Position numbers and translations under genes: made by a program. The notes under the pieces were generated by a model. That model made no database searches, had not been told where the DNA came from, and saw only the letters and a list, made by a program, of their open reading frames with translations. A stretch of 64,000 bases of DNA, from positions 8,184,001-8,248,000 of the forward strand of contig CP075493.1 in NCBI GenBank assembly GCA_021613535.1, in the 5' to 3' direction. Below are positions 1 to 13,613 of this stretch, piece by piece. Origin of the DNA: Adineta vaga. Taxonomy: Eukaryota; Animalia; Rotifera. The stretch's first letter is position 1. Every line of letters starts with the position of its first letter.

Positions 1-1005
1 GCTTTGATAATACCCAAATTACGAAATTCCTTGACGACACGAGCTTGTGTACCTTCCCATTGAATAATAAGATTTTTTTGAGGTGCTGGTGGTTGAACAG
101 GTGGTGCTTTTTGATAGATGACACGTCGTTTTTGTTGTTTGTAAGGAAGCCAACGTTCAACAATAATACTGAACAGAAAGAAAGAAAAGAAAGTAAAATA
201 TAATATAGAAAGAAAATAACATTAATAACAAACCTTTGAGGTTTAGGTGGTAATGGTGGCATACGTTCAATGATGACACGTCGTGGGGGTGGTGGGGGTG
301 GTGGTAATGGCTTGGTAATTAATTTAGGTGCAAGTTGAGCTGGTGGTTGAGGTGGTCGTTCTCGAATAATGAGTGGAGGTGGTGTAGCTGGTCGAGGTGG
401 TCGTTGACGAATGACAATAGGTGGAGCTGGTGGTAATGCAGGATTACGAACCTTAAAAGAAAAGATAGAGAAAATTTTTATTTCTCAAAATTTTACTAGA
501 ATCAAACCTCTTTGATAATCAAAGGACCAGGTGGTGGTGGTGTTGGCGGACGTAGATATCGTACGGCAACTTCTTGTTTATAGGTAACAGCATCATTCGC
601 ATGTTTACGAATAATTTGTGGATTAGGATCAAAATTGATTTTATAACCATTTTGACCTTGTTGTTGAGCAAGTTGACCAGCAGCACCGGCATATTGTTGA
701 ACAATACCAGCATTACTTTGTTCAGCAAAACTACCACTACTGACTTGTTGTTCATTAGCAAGTTCAGCTCCACTACGTGTATATTGTGCATAGTTTACTT
801 CTTGACCCTGATGAATAGCTCCTTGTTGATCACCATTTTCTTGAACTACTTGTTGTTGTTCAACACCATTTGCTGAACTATAATACTGATGTCCACCTGG
901 ACTTGGTGCTTGTGTTTGATAAGCATATTGATGTTGAACATATTGTTGATCTGGATTTCCAGGTGATGTCGATTGTGGATAGGATGCAGTCACACTATCA
1001 GCCAT
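1..1005 (-). CDS. Gln-rich N-terminus plus Pro-rich repetitive protein of unknown function; 3' end runs off the window
   Basis: ATG at 1005. Exons 1005-508, 451-234 and 168-<1 are joined by GT-AG introns in frame. The spliced product reads VRYLRPPTPPPPGPLIIKE-VRNPALPPAPPIVIRQRPPRPATPPPLIIRERPP...PKPQSIIVERWLPYKQQKRRVIYQKAPP...NLIIQWE. Confidence 0.8.
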
Positions 1006-1796
1006 AGTTCAAATGTTTGCTCGTCTTCTTTTTATTTTAGTTGTTGATCAAATTAACCCGAGTATATGTGTATATTGATATGCCTCTGTATCACACGTTC
1101 AACAATGAGAAGAGAGAGATATAAGGATGGTCACCGAGGAGAAAAAAAAGAAAAAAGAAGACTCTTTATTTCGTTGTATTTCGTGTGATTAGTGATGCGC
1201 AACATAATTTCCATCGGTCACGATCACTACATAGACTTTTTCTTTTATTCTCTTACTGTATTTCACGCGTTCGTCTTGCTTGACTTACTTTTACAATGAG
1301 TAGGCGAGTGAATGTGTATGTCCACATTTCTTATTGAACATGCTCATTTCACCATTCATCGATCGATCATTTAGACACTAATCGCCCATCCGTAAACTCT
1401 CTTTTGCCATTGGTGGTGACATGAAAAGGACATGATATATATAAATATATACATTGATGTATATAGAAAAAGTATCTTTTCGCTTTCTTTTCTTTTCGAT
1501 ATACGCCCAATATATTTTTCTTATTGCTCATTGATAGAAATAAATAGTCATTCTTATTAGATATTTTAGTGAATTTGATTTGTTGTTCTTGTCATATTTA
1601 TCATAATACAATAGGAAAGAAAACGAAGAATAGATATCTGTGTGTGTATATCAACGAACATTCCAATATGTATATATATAAGAGATAGATTCGATTGAAT
1701 TTTCAGTCATTTTTTTATTGGAAAATTTTCTCGCCTTTTCTCTTTCGTTTTGTTCAACATAATGATCATATGATGTATGTAATTTTTAAATGATAT

Positions 1797-2490
1797 TCAT
1801 CGTTGTTGTTGATGATGATATTCGTCCATATTTTGTTCTTGCTCCTGTAGTTGTTTCCAAGCTGGTACATCTTTGAGTGAACGATATTTTGTTAAAGGTT
1901 CACACAAACCAGTTAATACATTATGATTGGGTCGACAAAACCATTTAGGCAAACTACGAAATCGAAAATGAACATAACAACAATTGCCTTCTCCACATTC
2001 TTCATGAAAATGACAATGATCCCATTCTTAAAAAGAAACTATATAAGAATCGAATCTCTCAAAAAATTCATTATCATTACCCATTTTTTTGCTTTCCTCA
2101 GTTTGCTTTATATCTTGTCCTTTATAAAATGGTAATGCGGGTTTACTAATTCCATAGGGATAGAGTTGATTCTTTGGATTGTAATATGGTGGAATGATAA
2201 AGTCGTCTATATTACGTTTCGAACGTTCATGAATTGTTGATGGCAAGCAAAGATTGCCTTCTACAAATTGATCAAAAAGAAAATTTCTCTTATTTATTAG
2301 TTTCTATTTTACTACCTTGATTTGAATGACAAATTAAATCTGAACAACAATCAGTATCTTCTCGACATTTATCTCCTATAATATGACATTGTGGTAATCG
2401 TTCATTGAGATCATTAGTGATTGTTGCCAAGCATACATTTGAAATTAAAGATCCAATACAAAATGTAATGAGTAGCCACATGAGGATCAA
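1797..2490 (-). CDS. Secreted Cys-rich precursor: knottin-like domain, RSKR cleavage site, second 6-Cys domain
   Basis: Hydrophobic signal peptide. Exons 2490-2316, 2260-2081 and 2026-1797 with phase-1 introns of 54-55 bp. Domain 1 is CHIIGDKCREDTDCCSDLICHSNQEGNLC; domain 2 is CHFHEECGEGNCCYVHFRFRSLPKWFCRPNHNVLTGLC. Confidence 0.75.
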
Positions 2491-4305
2491 ATAATAATCT
2501 TATAAAATAAAAAGAATGTTTCCTTTTTTTTGCTTTTGTTTGATAAGAGGAATTTTAGTAATGATAGGATAGCAAGTGACGTCTTCCGATGCGAGAAATC
2601 AAACACTAGAAGAAGAAAAAAGAAAACAAATAGCAATAACATGCAATAACGGGAAATATAGATGACATCTTTTTCTCTATTCATTCACATCCGGTACTAG
2701 TCGTATGAAAAAGGAAATGACGAAACATTCTGTCTTGAAATATCGTGAACTTAATCAATTATAATTAGGAATTGGAAATATTGATTTTACAAAAGAAAAG
2801 ACAATTTGCATTTATCAATTAGATTTATGGGAATAAGAAATCGCATGTTGTTATGTATAACTTACGTTCATATAGTTAAAGAAAATAGCGTTCTTTCTCC
2901 CTTAGTCTATATCTTCATGTCGGAATCTTATTTTTTTTGTTTAATCATGCTTAGTTTGAAAATAATCGACCAATTATAATGCGTAAAAGAAGAAAAAGAA
3001 GAAGAGGAAGAAGAAGATGACTGTTTTATCTTACCTCGAAAGTTTTAAATGGAATGAAAATCAATCTATGTTATCGTCAAAACCAGTGTCAACATTCTAA
3101 TAATCTAACAAATGTAGTTCATAAAGTTTTCTCTATAAACTAATGAAAAAATAAGAATATCCAAAATGACAGGCAACATCCTATGCTTTTCTTCTGTTAT
3201 TATTTCTTCAATTTTGGAAACAATATCTATGTTTTCCTATTTAGAAGATTGACATGTATACATATGCGTATTATAATATCAGATATTCTTTTTTATGTGC
3301 ATATAAAAAGAATTTCCTTCGAAATAAAACAGACACCTACCATCAAAAGGAATCAAATTCTACTTCAATTGATAGTGGAAAAATCGCTGGTGAATAGAGG
3401 AATGAACAAATGTCATGAATGGATTGTCGATGAATGCGTATTTCATCATTAATTCGATTTATTCTGCAAGATTTCCCATCTTTCTATATTTTCTAATTCT
3501 TTTTTTTCTCTTTTCCTATTATTTGACGAAGAATCTAAAGACGACATATTACTAACATATTTCCACCGAATGTCAACAGTGTTTTTCCGCTTCTTCTTCC
3601 TTTTTCTTAGAGAAATTGTATGATTTAATTAACTGTTTAGAAAAAACAAATCGACAAGTACTTGACAAAAAAAACAAAAACAAGAATAAAGCAAATTATT
3701 TCACAAATATTTCTTTTCAAAATAGCTAAATAATGATAATCATAAATAACAGATTAAATAAATGTCTCATCAACCCATAAATTGTTCATATCGGTGATTG
3801 TTATACGTGTTGTTCAAATTACATACAATTATAAACGAGAGTAGACGAAAAAGAAGAAGAAGAAGGATCGAACGATGACATACACACACATATACATACA
3901 TCTATCTATTGCCACAATCCGTCGCTCTTTCTAATGGGTTACGTAAATGCTGACACATACATACATACACACTTGCACTATCTATCGTCCTCATGTCTAT
4001 TGACATAAAACAATGCGCAAGAAATTATGTAAAAATAGTAATCGTCGTCATCGTCTTCGTCAATATATTGCTTAGTCTGACCACATTTACTGAAGCTAAT
4101 CAAAATGATGAAAGGAGAAAGAGTGAAAAATATTTGCTTATAAAATGGCAAAAAACCTATAGGTTTGTTCGTTTATATCGATATTGAAGTTCTTCTTTTC
4201 TATTTTAGTCGATACAAATTGCCTGATAGATCTAATAAGTACTGATTTATTTCATTAATGAATTCACTCATGATACAAAACTCACTCTCGTAAGTGAATG
4301 ATTCA

Positions 4306-5197
4306 ATGAACAAAATCGATTTTTGTACTTCTTCATCTTTTCTTCAAAGATCATCTTCAAATGAATCATCCAAATTACTTCATATATGCAGTCAATGTGC
4401 TCGAACATTTAAAGATATAAATAATTTTCGTGAACATCTTTTTCAAGAACATGGCGAATTAGGTGTTAATGTTCGGCAATGTCATCTTGTTCGTATGCGA
4501 CTCTATTAAAATCAAAATATGATTGTCATATCGTAATTCTTCTTCTCGTCATTCGATGATTTCTTTCTCAATTTCGAAACTATTCTTTTCTAGAGATGTC
4601 ATTTAAATAATCGCGTTATTCGTTGTCAAAAATGTAATTATTCAACGATCAATATAAGGTTCGATAAGATTTTTTTCTCTTAAATAAGAAAATTATTTTC
4701 TCTTCTCATAGGCATATGTCGAAACATGAACGTCAACATAGTATATCTCGGCCGATTCTATCAGAAACAAAACGAGCACGACTTGACATGACACAGATGA
4801 TAGAAACAGATAAAGATAATAATGAGAAACCGGCATTTTCAACATGCTTTTTAACTGATAAAATCTTAATGCCTGATGATAAAAAATCTCTTGAGTAAGT
4901 TTAATTCTCATTGAAAAAATCATTCGTCTCGTTTCGTTTCTTAGAAAAACACAAATTTCTCGTCGAAATAGTTGCTGCTCAACAGCTAATTCCGATCATT
5001 CACCATGTTCACATCAAACTAGTCTCATTTCATTACGTAGTAATGTATGGACATTACTTCGAATGTTACTTCCTCAATTATCACTTTATTATCCATCGAC
5101 AATTTTAATGGATAATGATTCTGATCATTCGATTGATCGATTAGTTATACATCTCATACAAATACCATCATTTCATAGAACTTATCCATCAATTTAA
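4306..5197 (+). CDS. C2H2 zinc-finger protein (start and internal exon boundaries uncertain)
   Basis: CSQCARTFKDINNFREHLFQEH, plus a spliced CQKCNYSTINIRHMSKHERQH. The terminal exon 4945-5197 is open in frame. Confidence 0.6.
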
Positions 5198-6612
5198 CTT
5201 GTCTTTCATGTATATTTCATTGTTACTTCTTCTTTTCGAAAGAAAAAATAATAAATGACTTTATCGGGTTATGATTCTTCTCTAGAGATCATCTTTAAAA
5301 TATAAACAGAAAATAGATTTTGTTTTAGTCAATCTTACCTATGTGTTATACATTCTTCTATTCGTCAGACAGAACAATTCAATTACACAAAATAGTTTGA
5401 AACAAGTTTACTTACAACGCTCGTCAACAATAATTGTTATTTGCGAGTTTCCGTCTCTGACATTGCAAATATTTCATCGGAGAAAAAAAAATCCATCTCA
5501 CAGTAGTCTATTTGACGATTGATGTCGAAGCTAATCATAGAGAAAAGATAAAGAATAGTCGATCAATATAATTAATAAAACGAGAGAAACAGGTATAGAA
5601 AAAAAACTCGAGCATAGAATAATACGAGTACAAATTTGCTTATCAGAACGATTTCATTCTTTGAGTTTTAAATGAAGATCTTTTCTCTGTGTACCGATTC
5701 AATAGAATGTAGATCATCTATATAAAAGTACTCAATTTCATATATAAAAATATGGTTCCTACAGTTCCTACATAAAAAGATTATTTGATTGTTAAAATGT
5801 ACTAAGAGATGTAGAGGAAAAAAATATTTGATTTCTTTCATATTAAATTTCTAACGATTAATTCTATTCGAAACGTACTCTTGATGAACTATTCCTTCTC
5901 GTGACAATTACTATGATTGACAAGAATCGAGAGCAACGTAGAATTTCCATTTGCTATTTCATCTAAAGTGCACTAATTTGACATTAACTCGAACGAAGAA
6001 AAAGTTCAACTCAAAGTTTCTTTGATATCATGCGAACTCAATAATTAATACTGTTTTAATGTGAAAATAATGAATCATCTCGTCAAATGTCTTGATTAAA
6101 ATTGTCAAATGTACACTATTTGAATTTGAAAGTTTTAAATCACGTAATGATCAAAACATGTAGAAAAAAAGAATTTATTGTCAAACTTTGTAGGATGTTT
6201 GCAAAAAAGAAAGAAATTCTCAACTAAATTGCCGTTCCAGATGTATCATTTCCGATATGATGATATTCACCGATTAGATTCTGTTATAATTGATGTATAT
6301 TCGATATTTTCGGAAATACATATCAGTTAGATATCAAATGATCATAATGACTATCTCTTTGAATCATTTTACGTGATTAAATTTTTCAATGTTATATTTT
6401 CTGATCTTTCGTATCATCGATATCTCATCCAGGAACATCTTGAGTAAGTTTATAAAATATATTATAGATAAAATACAAGAAAAATTCGTGGTTAGAAAGT
6501 TGCAAAATGAATTTACCGGTGTAAAGAACGCGTTTGTTAGTTTAAATACAAAAGAAACCATATATACAATAAAGTTTTGGTAATGAAAAAATAACTTTTA
6601 TATACATTATAA

Positions 6613-7685
6613 TTATTCACACAAACACAATTTATCACACGTAGATATACATCCTTTGTAAAGTATCTCATTGCCAATTACACTATCCGAAGCACAATTA
6701 GCAGAACAAACTGCTGAACAATATTGATCCATAATAGAACTTAAATCAAATGATTCACTAAATGTTACTTTTGATGTGCACTTTCGAGAAATTATCTCAG
6801 TTTTTGGTTTCTCTGTAGATACTTTCGTAGTTGGTGAAATTATTACAGATGTTTTTGTTGTTTCATCAATAATTGATTCATCCGCATTCTTGATTGCTAT
6901 ATCAGAACAACCATAGAATTCTTCATTTGCTTTGCCACAACCAAGACAAGCCTTGCCATTGCGCGTACCCCAACTATTACCTGTTCGATATTTCCATTGA
7001 AATACACAATGTTTACATACAAGTGTAGATGGTAACGTAACATGCATACGAACAGTAGCTGCTGTTCGAGTAACATTATATTGAGTAGATTCATTATCAC
7101 TCGTATTAGACGCAAAATTATTGGCGATACGTAAAATATTTAAATCCAAACATGATTGGGTTGCTTCTTTACTTGGATCATCGTCAATACTACAGACACG
7201 AAATTCAAATATACCGAGATGATTTGCTGTTAACTAAAACAGGTTAAATATGAAAGAAAATGATACTCCCATGTATGATGAAACTTACAACAACTGTAAC
7301 TGGTATTGTAGCACCTTGAGTATACGTTCGTACAATTTTACCTAAATACATTGGACTACCAACACTCAATGATTTATTCTTAAGATCATAAGCTTCACCA
7401 CAGATTGAACATTTGCCGCCTAAACATACGTGTATGTACAAAAAAAAGTATTTGAATGAAGACAAAAAAAAGACAAAATTAATTACCATTCACAGTCCAT
7501 TGATGATATGTTCCTCCGCAGGACATTTCAGCATGATTATAATATCGACAACATTTATCAAAATCTTTATCAAATAGCCAAGCTGAACTACGTGCCGGTG
7601 GATCAGCTAAATAACCATGTCCATAGATTTGTTCAATAAGATAAAAACTTTGTAAACAACAAAGAATGAAACCAAAACGGAACAT
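6613..7685 (-). CDS. Secreted lytic polysaccharide monooxygenase, AA15-like (chitin-binding type-4/LPMO_10 fold), with Thr-rich linker and Cys-rich C-terminal domain
   Basis: Three exons. The signal peptide is followed directly by HGYLADPPARSSAW (His1). Later motifs are CSICGEAYD, GKIVRTY, LTANHLGIFEFRVC, CVFQWKYRTGNSWG and EEFYGCSDIAI. Confidence 0.88.
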
Positions 7686-8763
7686 TGTATAATAAATCTT
7701 ACAATTATAGACAATAGATTGTACTTCAGAAGGACACAACTGCTCTCATTTATATATTGTTAAGATAAAACGCGCAATTACTTGTCGAAAACATCACAAC
7801 ATAATGATTTATTCTGTTACTTTCCCATTTAATCTAGTAGAAGAGAATAATTACAAAAAAAAGGGATGATACTTGTTTTTGAAAAATATCCGTCATATAG
7901 ATTCGAATGGAAAACAACAACAAAATAAACTGTACTGTCAAGTTGAAGGACAAAAGGCAAAGCACGCATTATTTAATAAGTATTGTCATACTTATTTTGA
8001 TATTTTTCAATCAAGATCAAGGATATTTTATCATTCATGGCGCAATACGAAATAATACAGGTACAATAAGAAATCTTTCGTTAATTTTTCTTTAATTGAT
8101 AAGCAATATATTTAGAATTTCTTGTACTTTATTAGACAATCCTAGAGGCTTTTGAATATATTTCAAGCAGTTGCAACCAAAAACTCAAGCACAAACACAA
8201 TCAATGACCTGGTTCTTAACATTTGAATAAAATTTGTGCAACATAACTGTTTTATAAAATAGCAATTTCTATACATTGAAAGCGATGTTTTGCTGATCTA
8301 TTTACTAAGCAATAATCTGTTCGAAACAAAATTAATCTTGCATTTATATTTTCCTTTTTCAAATAAAATTACACACTCTTTTTTCCTTTGTGATCTGGTT
8401 AAATATAATTTTTTTTTCTCCTTTTCTCCACTTCTCAATAAATACACCACTCAATTTGATTCTGATGTAAAATAAAACATATGTCAGCATTGTCAAGATT
8501 AATATGATTTTTTTTGTCGTTCTTTCATCAGAAACTGCATATTTTCTTTTCTTTCTTTTTTTCCACATATATTTAATAAAAACAAGTGGAATCGTATACG
8601 TACACCAATGAGAACTAATTAGTCGACATGACTATCAATATTTAACCTCCGATAATAAGTTTTTTTCTTATTGGCTATTTCATTGGCCCATCCATTGGTC
8701 TTTCAACGCGTTGTCGTCACACCACAATCGTGAATCGACCGGTCAAATATATCATATATATGC

Positions 8764-11700
8764 ATGGCATTATATTATGACGAAATTCTTGCTGGAAACT
8801 GTTTAGGTCAAATTAATATCGTACCGCCACCTAGTACTATGAATTCTACTATGAATCAACAGTCACAATCATTGTCTCTATCTGATGAGTTTGGATTTTC
8901 TATTGAAGAATTATTCTATATGGCTAGACAATTTCTAAAAGGTAAATTTCATTCGAAGATATTGTGATCTGATATTGTTTCGTTTCTCTTTTTTTTTCTA
9001 AAGAAAAACAAGGAAGTAAAGATATTCAATTGAAATACGCTGATAATATACGTTTAATTGCATTATCTAAACAAGTCAAAATAGGTAAATGGGATGCATC
9101 GCATACACAGAATGTCGGATTTCTTGATGTTGTTGGCAATGATCGGAAGTGAGTTCTTTTTTTTGTTTTCTAATAAAAACTAATTTTTTTTTATTCTTAT
9201 AGGCAAGCATGGATTGCTTTAGGAGATATGCCAAAGTCACAAGCCATGGAAGAATATGTGAAATTTTTATTGGATCATTGTGCAATATTTCGAACTTTTA
9301 TTGAAACACAACATACAGAAAATGACGAAACAGATCGAATGAGGTAAAATAGAAGAGTGAGAGAGAAAGAAATAAACTTAGAATTTGTTTAAAATTTTAC
9401 AGTTGAAAACTTTCTGTGAATAATAGAATATTCTAAGACCTCGATGTTTCTTCTTGACATTTTCTCGACGTGTAGATTTCTTCATCTCGTCATTTTTTTT
9501 TCTCCTTCATCCATACCTGTCGGAACCAGTGATAGTAATCTTTTTTTCTTCTTTGCACATCGACGTGATTATCTGTCTAGTTTTTCTTTTTATATCTATT
9601 ATCCTTTCGGAATAAACGGGCGTTTTTCTTGACTTTTTCCTAGTGAATGAGCTTAAAGTGTAGAGAGAGAGAGAACGCTTTTCAACGGGAATCCTACACA
9701 ATATACTTGCATTTAGATTTGATCTAGTAGAAGGAAACTAAGCGTAAGAGAAGAAGAAGCAGAAGAAGAAGAAGAAAAAAAAAGAAGAAGATTCTCTATG
9801 AGCTTCTTTTTTTTCATCTTCTTTTTTTGTTTCTATCACGTCAGTTGTTGTTCTTGGAAAAGAAAAAAAGCAAATTGAGTAAATTATGCTCCTATTCGTC
9901 AAAATTATGACTATAGGATAGCTCACATATATTCTTTTCTTTTACGTCTCTTTTTCATTCCGTTTCTTAATTAAATTTCTGAGCAAACTAGCAGTTATAT
10001 ATATATATATATATCTGATATTGATAAAGTATTTCTTTACAGCAATTTTCTTAGAGAAAATTATCTTTATCTATAGAAGGCAATCGTTTTCTTCATAGGG
10101 AAAACAATGAAACTCGTCGCGAATTAGAAGAGCAAGCTGAACGCGTCAGACAATACGAACTAGCTCAATTTACACGTCTGGAAAAACAGCAAAGAAAACG
10201 AGAAGATTTCCAAAGGTAATTGTTTATATAAGTTTCACATAGACAAAATACAAATATCATTTTAGAAAACAAATTCAAGACGTACTCAGTCAACAAACAT
10301 ATTCTCAGTTTAAAGCTTACGCTGAACAACAATATCGAGATAACAAACAAGCAGTAAGCATTTTTATTGCATAGAATCAATTCTTTGTAAAAAAAAATAT
10401 CATTTTAGCAAGAAGAATTAATTCATCAACTACAAGAACAACATTTTCAACAGTATATGGAACAAGTTTATCAACAACAGTTACTTGATCAACAACAACA
10501 ATTTCGAAACGTAGGGTTTTATTTATTAAAAGACGAAATAAACTTCTTTCAATTTCTTTTTAATAGAAGATGAATATGGAACGACAACAGTCACCGACAG
10601 AAAACGTCATGCCATCAATACCGACGAACACGGATATTCAACCACCAGTATCACCATTACCAATGACTATGATTCCACCATCTGCAACAAATACAATTCC
10701 ACCACCAGTAATGAATGTAGTAGCACCACCAGCATCATCAATGATTATTATACCTCCACCTTTGGCAAATATAATTCCACCACCAACTTCACTAAACATC
10801 GCTCAACCACTAGCACCAAATAATGTTACTTCACCGACATCACCAATAAATGCAATTTCATCACCAACATCAATGAATATGGCATCACCTACAACTATTA
10901 TTCCACCACCTGTCTCCAACATTCCCATACAACCTATGTCACCTCTTGGTCCAGCACCTGCCCAATTACCACCTTTGGTTCATCCTCCCCCTCCACAACC
11001 ACCACCATCGATGATACCATTTGATTCATCATCAAATAATCAAGTCATGGCCCAGGAAATAAAACTTGAACCTATGGCTCCAATCAAAGCACAATTCGGG
11101 ACGCTTACTCTAGACACTCCATTGGAGCCAATTCCTCATATTAATCAACATCCTCAACTTGGCAATGACCTAACACAACAACAGCAACAGTTTCCACTGA
11201 CACAAATCAATAACGAATCAAATGCTACAACAGAATCTATCGATGGCAATGCAGTTACAGAATCAGCAGTTGATTCGAACGGCGAATTAACTGTACCAGC
11301 CGACGCAGGTAATCATGGTATGTATTCACACTTATTAGTTTTATTAAAAATCTTCTCATGATATGATATATGTATATATGAATAGAAGCACCAAAAACAA
11401 TTCCAGCAAATATGTGGACAAGAAAAGATCTCAAAGAATTCAAAGATCAAATACGTAAAGAAAAAGATGCTGTGATTAAAGTTGGTAGTGGTGAAACAGT
11501 AACAGTATGCCTTGCTTTTTTCCTTTTTTTAAATTTAATCTAATTTATCTTTTTGAAAGAAAGAAAGAGAGAGAGAGAGGAGGGGAAAAGACATTTCAAA
11601 AATATTAACTTATTATGACGTGCCTATTTTTAATGATGAAAATCTTCTCATTTTTCTCCTTATTCCCTTTGATCTTAAACAATTTAACTTTAGGTACGAG

Positions 11701-12155
11701 TTCCAACACATGAAGATGGTCAATGTATATTTTGGGAATTTGCAACTGATTATTATGATCTTGGTTTTGGTGTTTATTTTGAATGGAGCAAATCAGCAAC
11801 GAACACTGTTACTGTTCATGTAAGTGATTCAAGTGATGAAGAAGAAAATGAAGGTGAAAATAATCGTATGTATTGAATATAAAACCTCATATGTCTGTAA
11901 GTTCTATTCAATGAATACAATATTCTCATTCTAGCGGAAAAGAAAGATATTGAAAAAGGTAGTGGAAGTACAAATAAACCTCCTAAACCACCTCAAGATG
12001 AAATTGTTCCAATCTACCGTCGTGATTGTCATGAAGAAGTTTATGCTGGCAGTCATCCATATCCCGGTCAAGGAGTTTATTTGCTTAAATTCGACAACAG
12101 TTATTCATTATGGCGTTCAAAAACACTCTACTATCGTGTGTACTATTCGAAATGA
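8764..12155 (+). CDS. ACBD3: Golgi resident protein GCP60 / ACBD3 (ACB domain, charged/Gln-rich region, GOLD domain)
   Basis: About 10 exons. ACB motifs are [14 protein letters not shown] and [19 protein letters not shown]. Also [31 protein letters not shown], and GOLD motifs [29 protein letters not shown] and [25 protein letters not shown]. Stop at 12153-12155. Confidence 0.93.
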
Positions 12156-12493
12156 ATGACAATCAAGTCGTCTGATGAATGGATGAATGACTCGCTCTTT
12201 CTTTTGATTTTCTTTTTCTTTCTCATTTATTTATGTTCGTAATCAATTGTGATCTTTTTGTTATTTTGAAATATCAACAATATCTTCGTTGTTGTTCTTT
12301 CTTTTTCTTTTGTGAATTTTATGTTACATATATACATATATATTATCTATTCAGTTTTTTCCCCTTCCGGTATTGCTGGTTAGAAGAGAATGAGGAATGA
12401 ATGGCAAGATTTCTAAATTTTACACATGAATAAAAGAAAAATTTTCATTTTGTTTTGTTTTTCTGTCGTTTAATTAGTTAATTATTTTTAGAC

Positions 12494-13613
12494 ATGAATA
12501 ATTGTGAACAAAAAGGAGCCGAAGAATTACTTTCAATGTTAACTGATGATGAATTAATGTCAGTTAAAGATACAGTCACAAAATCAATGATATCTACTGA
12601 ATCTGTAAGCATTTTTAGAAGAAGAAAACAAACATAAATTGAATTTTTATTTTTAGCGTTTAGAAGCTATTGATGCATGTTTAAAATGTTCACAATCGGC
12701 AATGGAATTATTACGACGAAAGAAGATTCGAAGAGATATTCTCATGCAATATCTTGCGAAAAAATCTATTTCAGTTGGTGCAGGAACGGATAAAGTAAGA
12801 TTGAAATTATATAATCGTAGAATTCTTCATCTTCTGACTTCTCCGGTATATTCAAAGATGTTCATAAACATAGAAATCAATTCTTTCCCTTTTGAGATCA
12901 AAACAACTATATTTTACACATTTGAGACGATCTATTTTGTCGAATGATGTAGAAAGACAACAACATTTTTTCTTCCTTTCCTTTCATTTCAGGTTAAACT
13001 TGTTAAACAGATAATTGAATTTTGGAATAATGGTTCTCAACAGATATCTAATAGTATTACTCCAGCCATCAGATCACCGTGCAACAATCAACTATCTCAA
13101 CAATTTACTGAATGGTTCTATACATCATGGAATAATTTATCAACATTTACTTCAGATCATTTCTTTCCAGATTGTCAGTTAACTCTTATCCATGAAAATA
13201 ATCGTCGTGTTCTAGGTTCATATTATGTTTGTGATCTTTTACGTTCATATGTTACCAATAAGGAATTACGTTTTTGTCCTAATCTTCAATCAAATAAAGT
13301 TGAAGAATCTAAACATGGTCTTGTTCTTATACAAATTCATGGAACAATTCATCAACATGGAACTTGCATTGGAGTTTTTGATCAATCTTTTGGTTTAGTT
13401 CGTGATCCAAATCATAGTAATAATTATCTTATTAAATTTTGTTTCCTTAACATGCAAACACAACAATTGCAGCAACAACCACAATTATTATCACATAATC
13501 AATCAATACCTACTTATCTTGCTGATATTATGCAAAATTATGATCAAACAATTCAACAACAAATTGATTCAACTGATTATATTATTGAAGATCCTGATGA
13601 TGATACAGATTAA
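12494..13613 (+). CDS. C3orf38-like (DUF4518) protein with NTF2-like C-terminal region
   Basis: Three exons (about 12494-12604, 12658-12794, 12993-13613). Motifs: ELLSMLTDDELMSVKDTVT, ELLRRKKIRRDILMQYLA, QFTEWFY, HFFPDC, HGLVLIQIHGTIHQHGTCIGVFDQSFGLVRDP. Confidence 0.8.
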
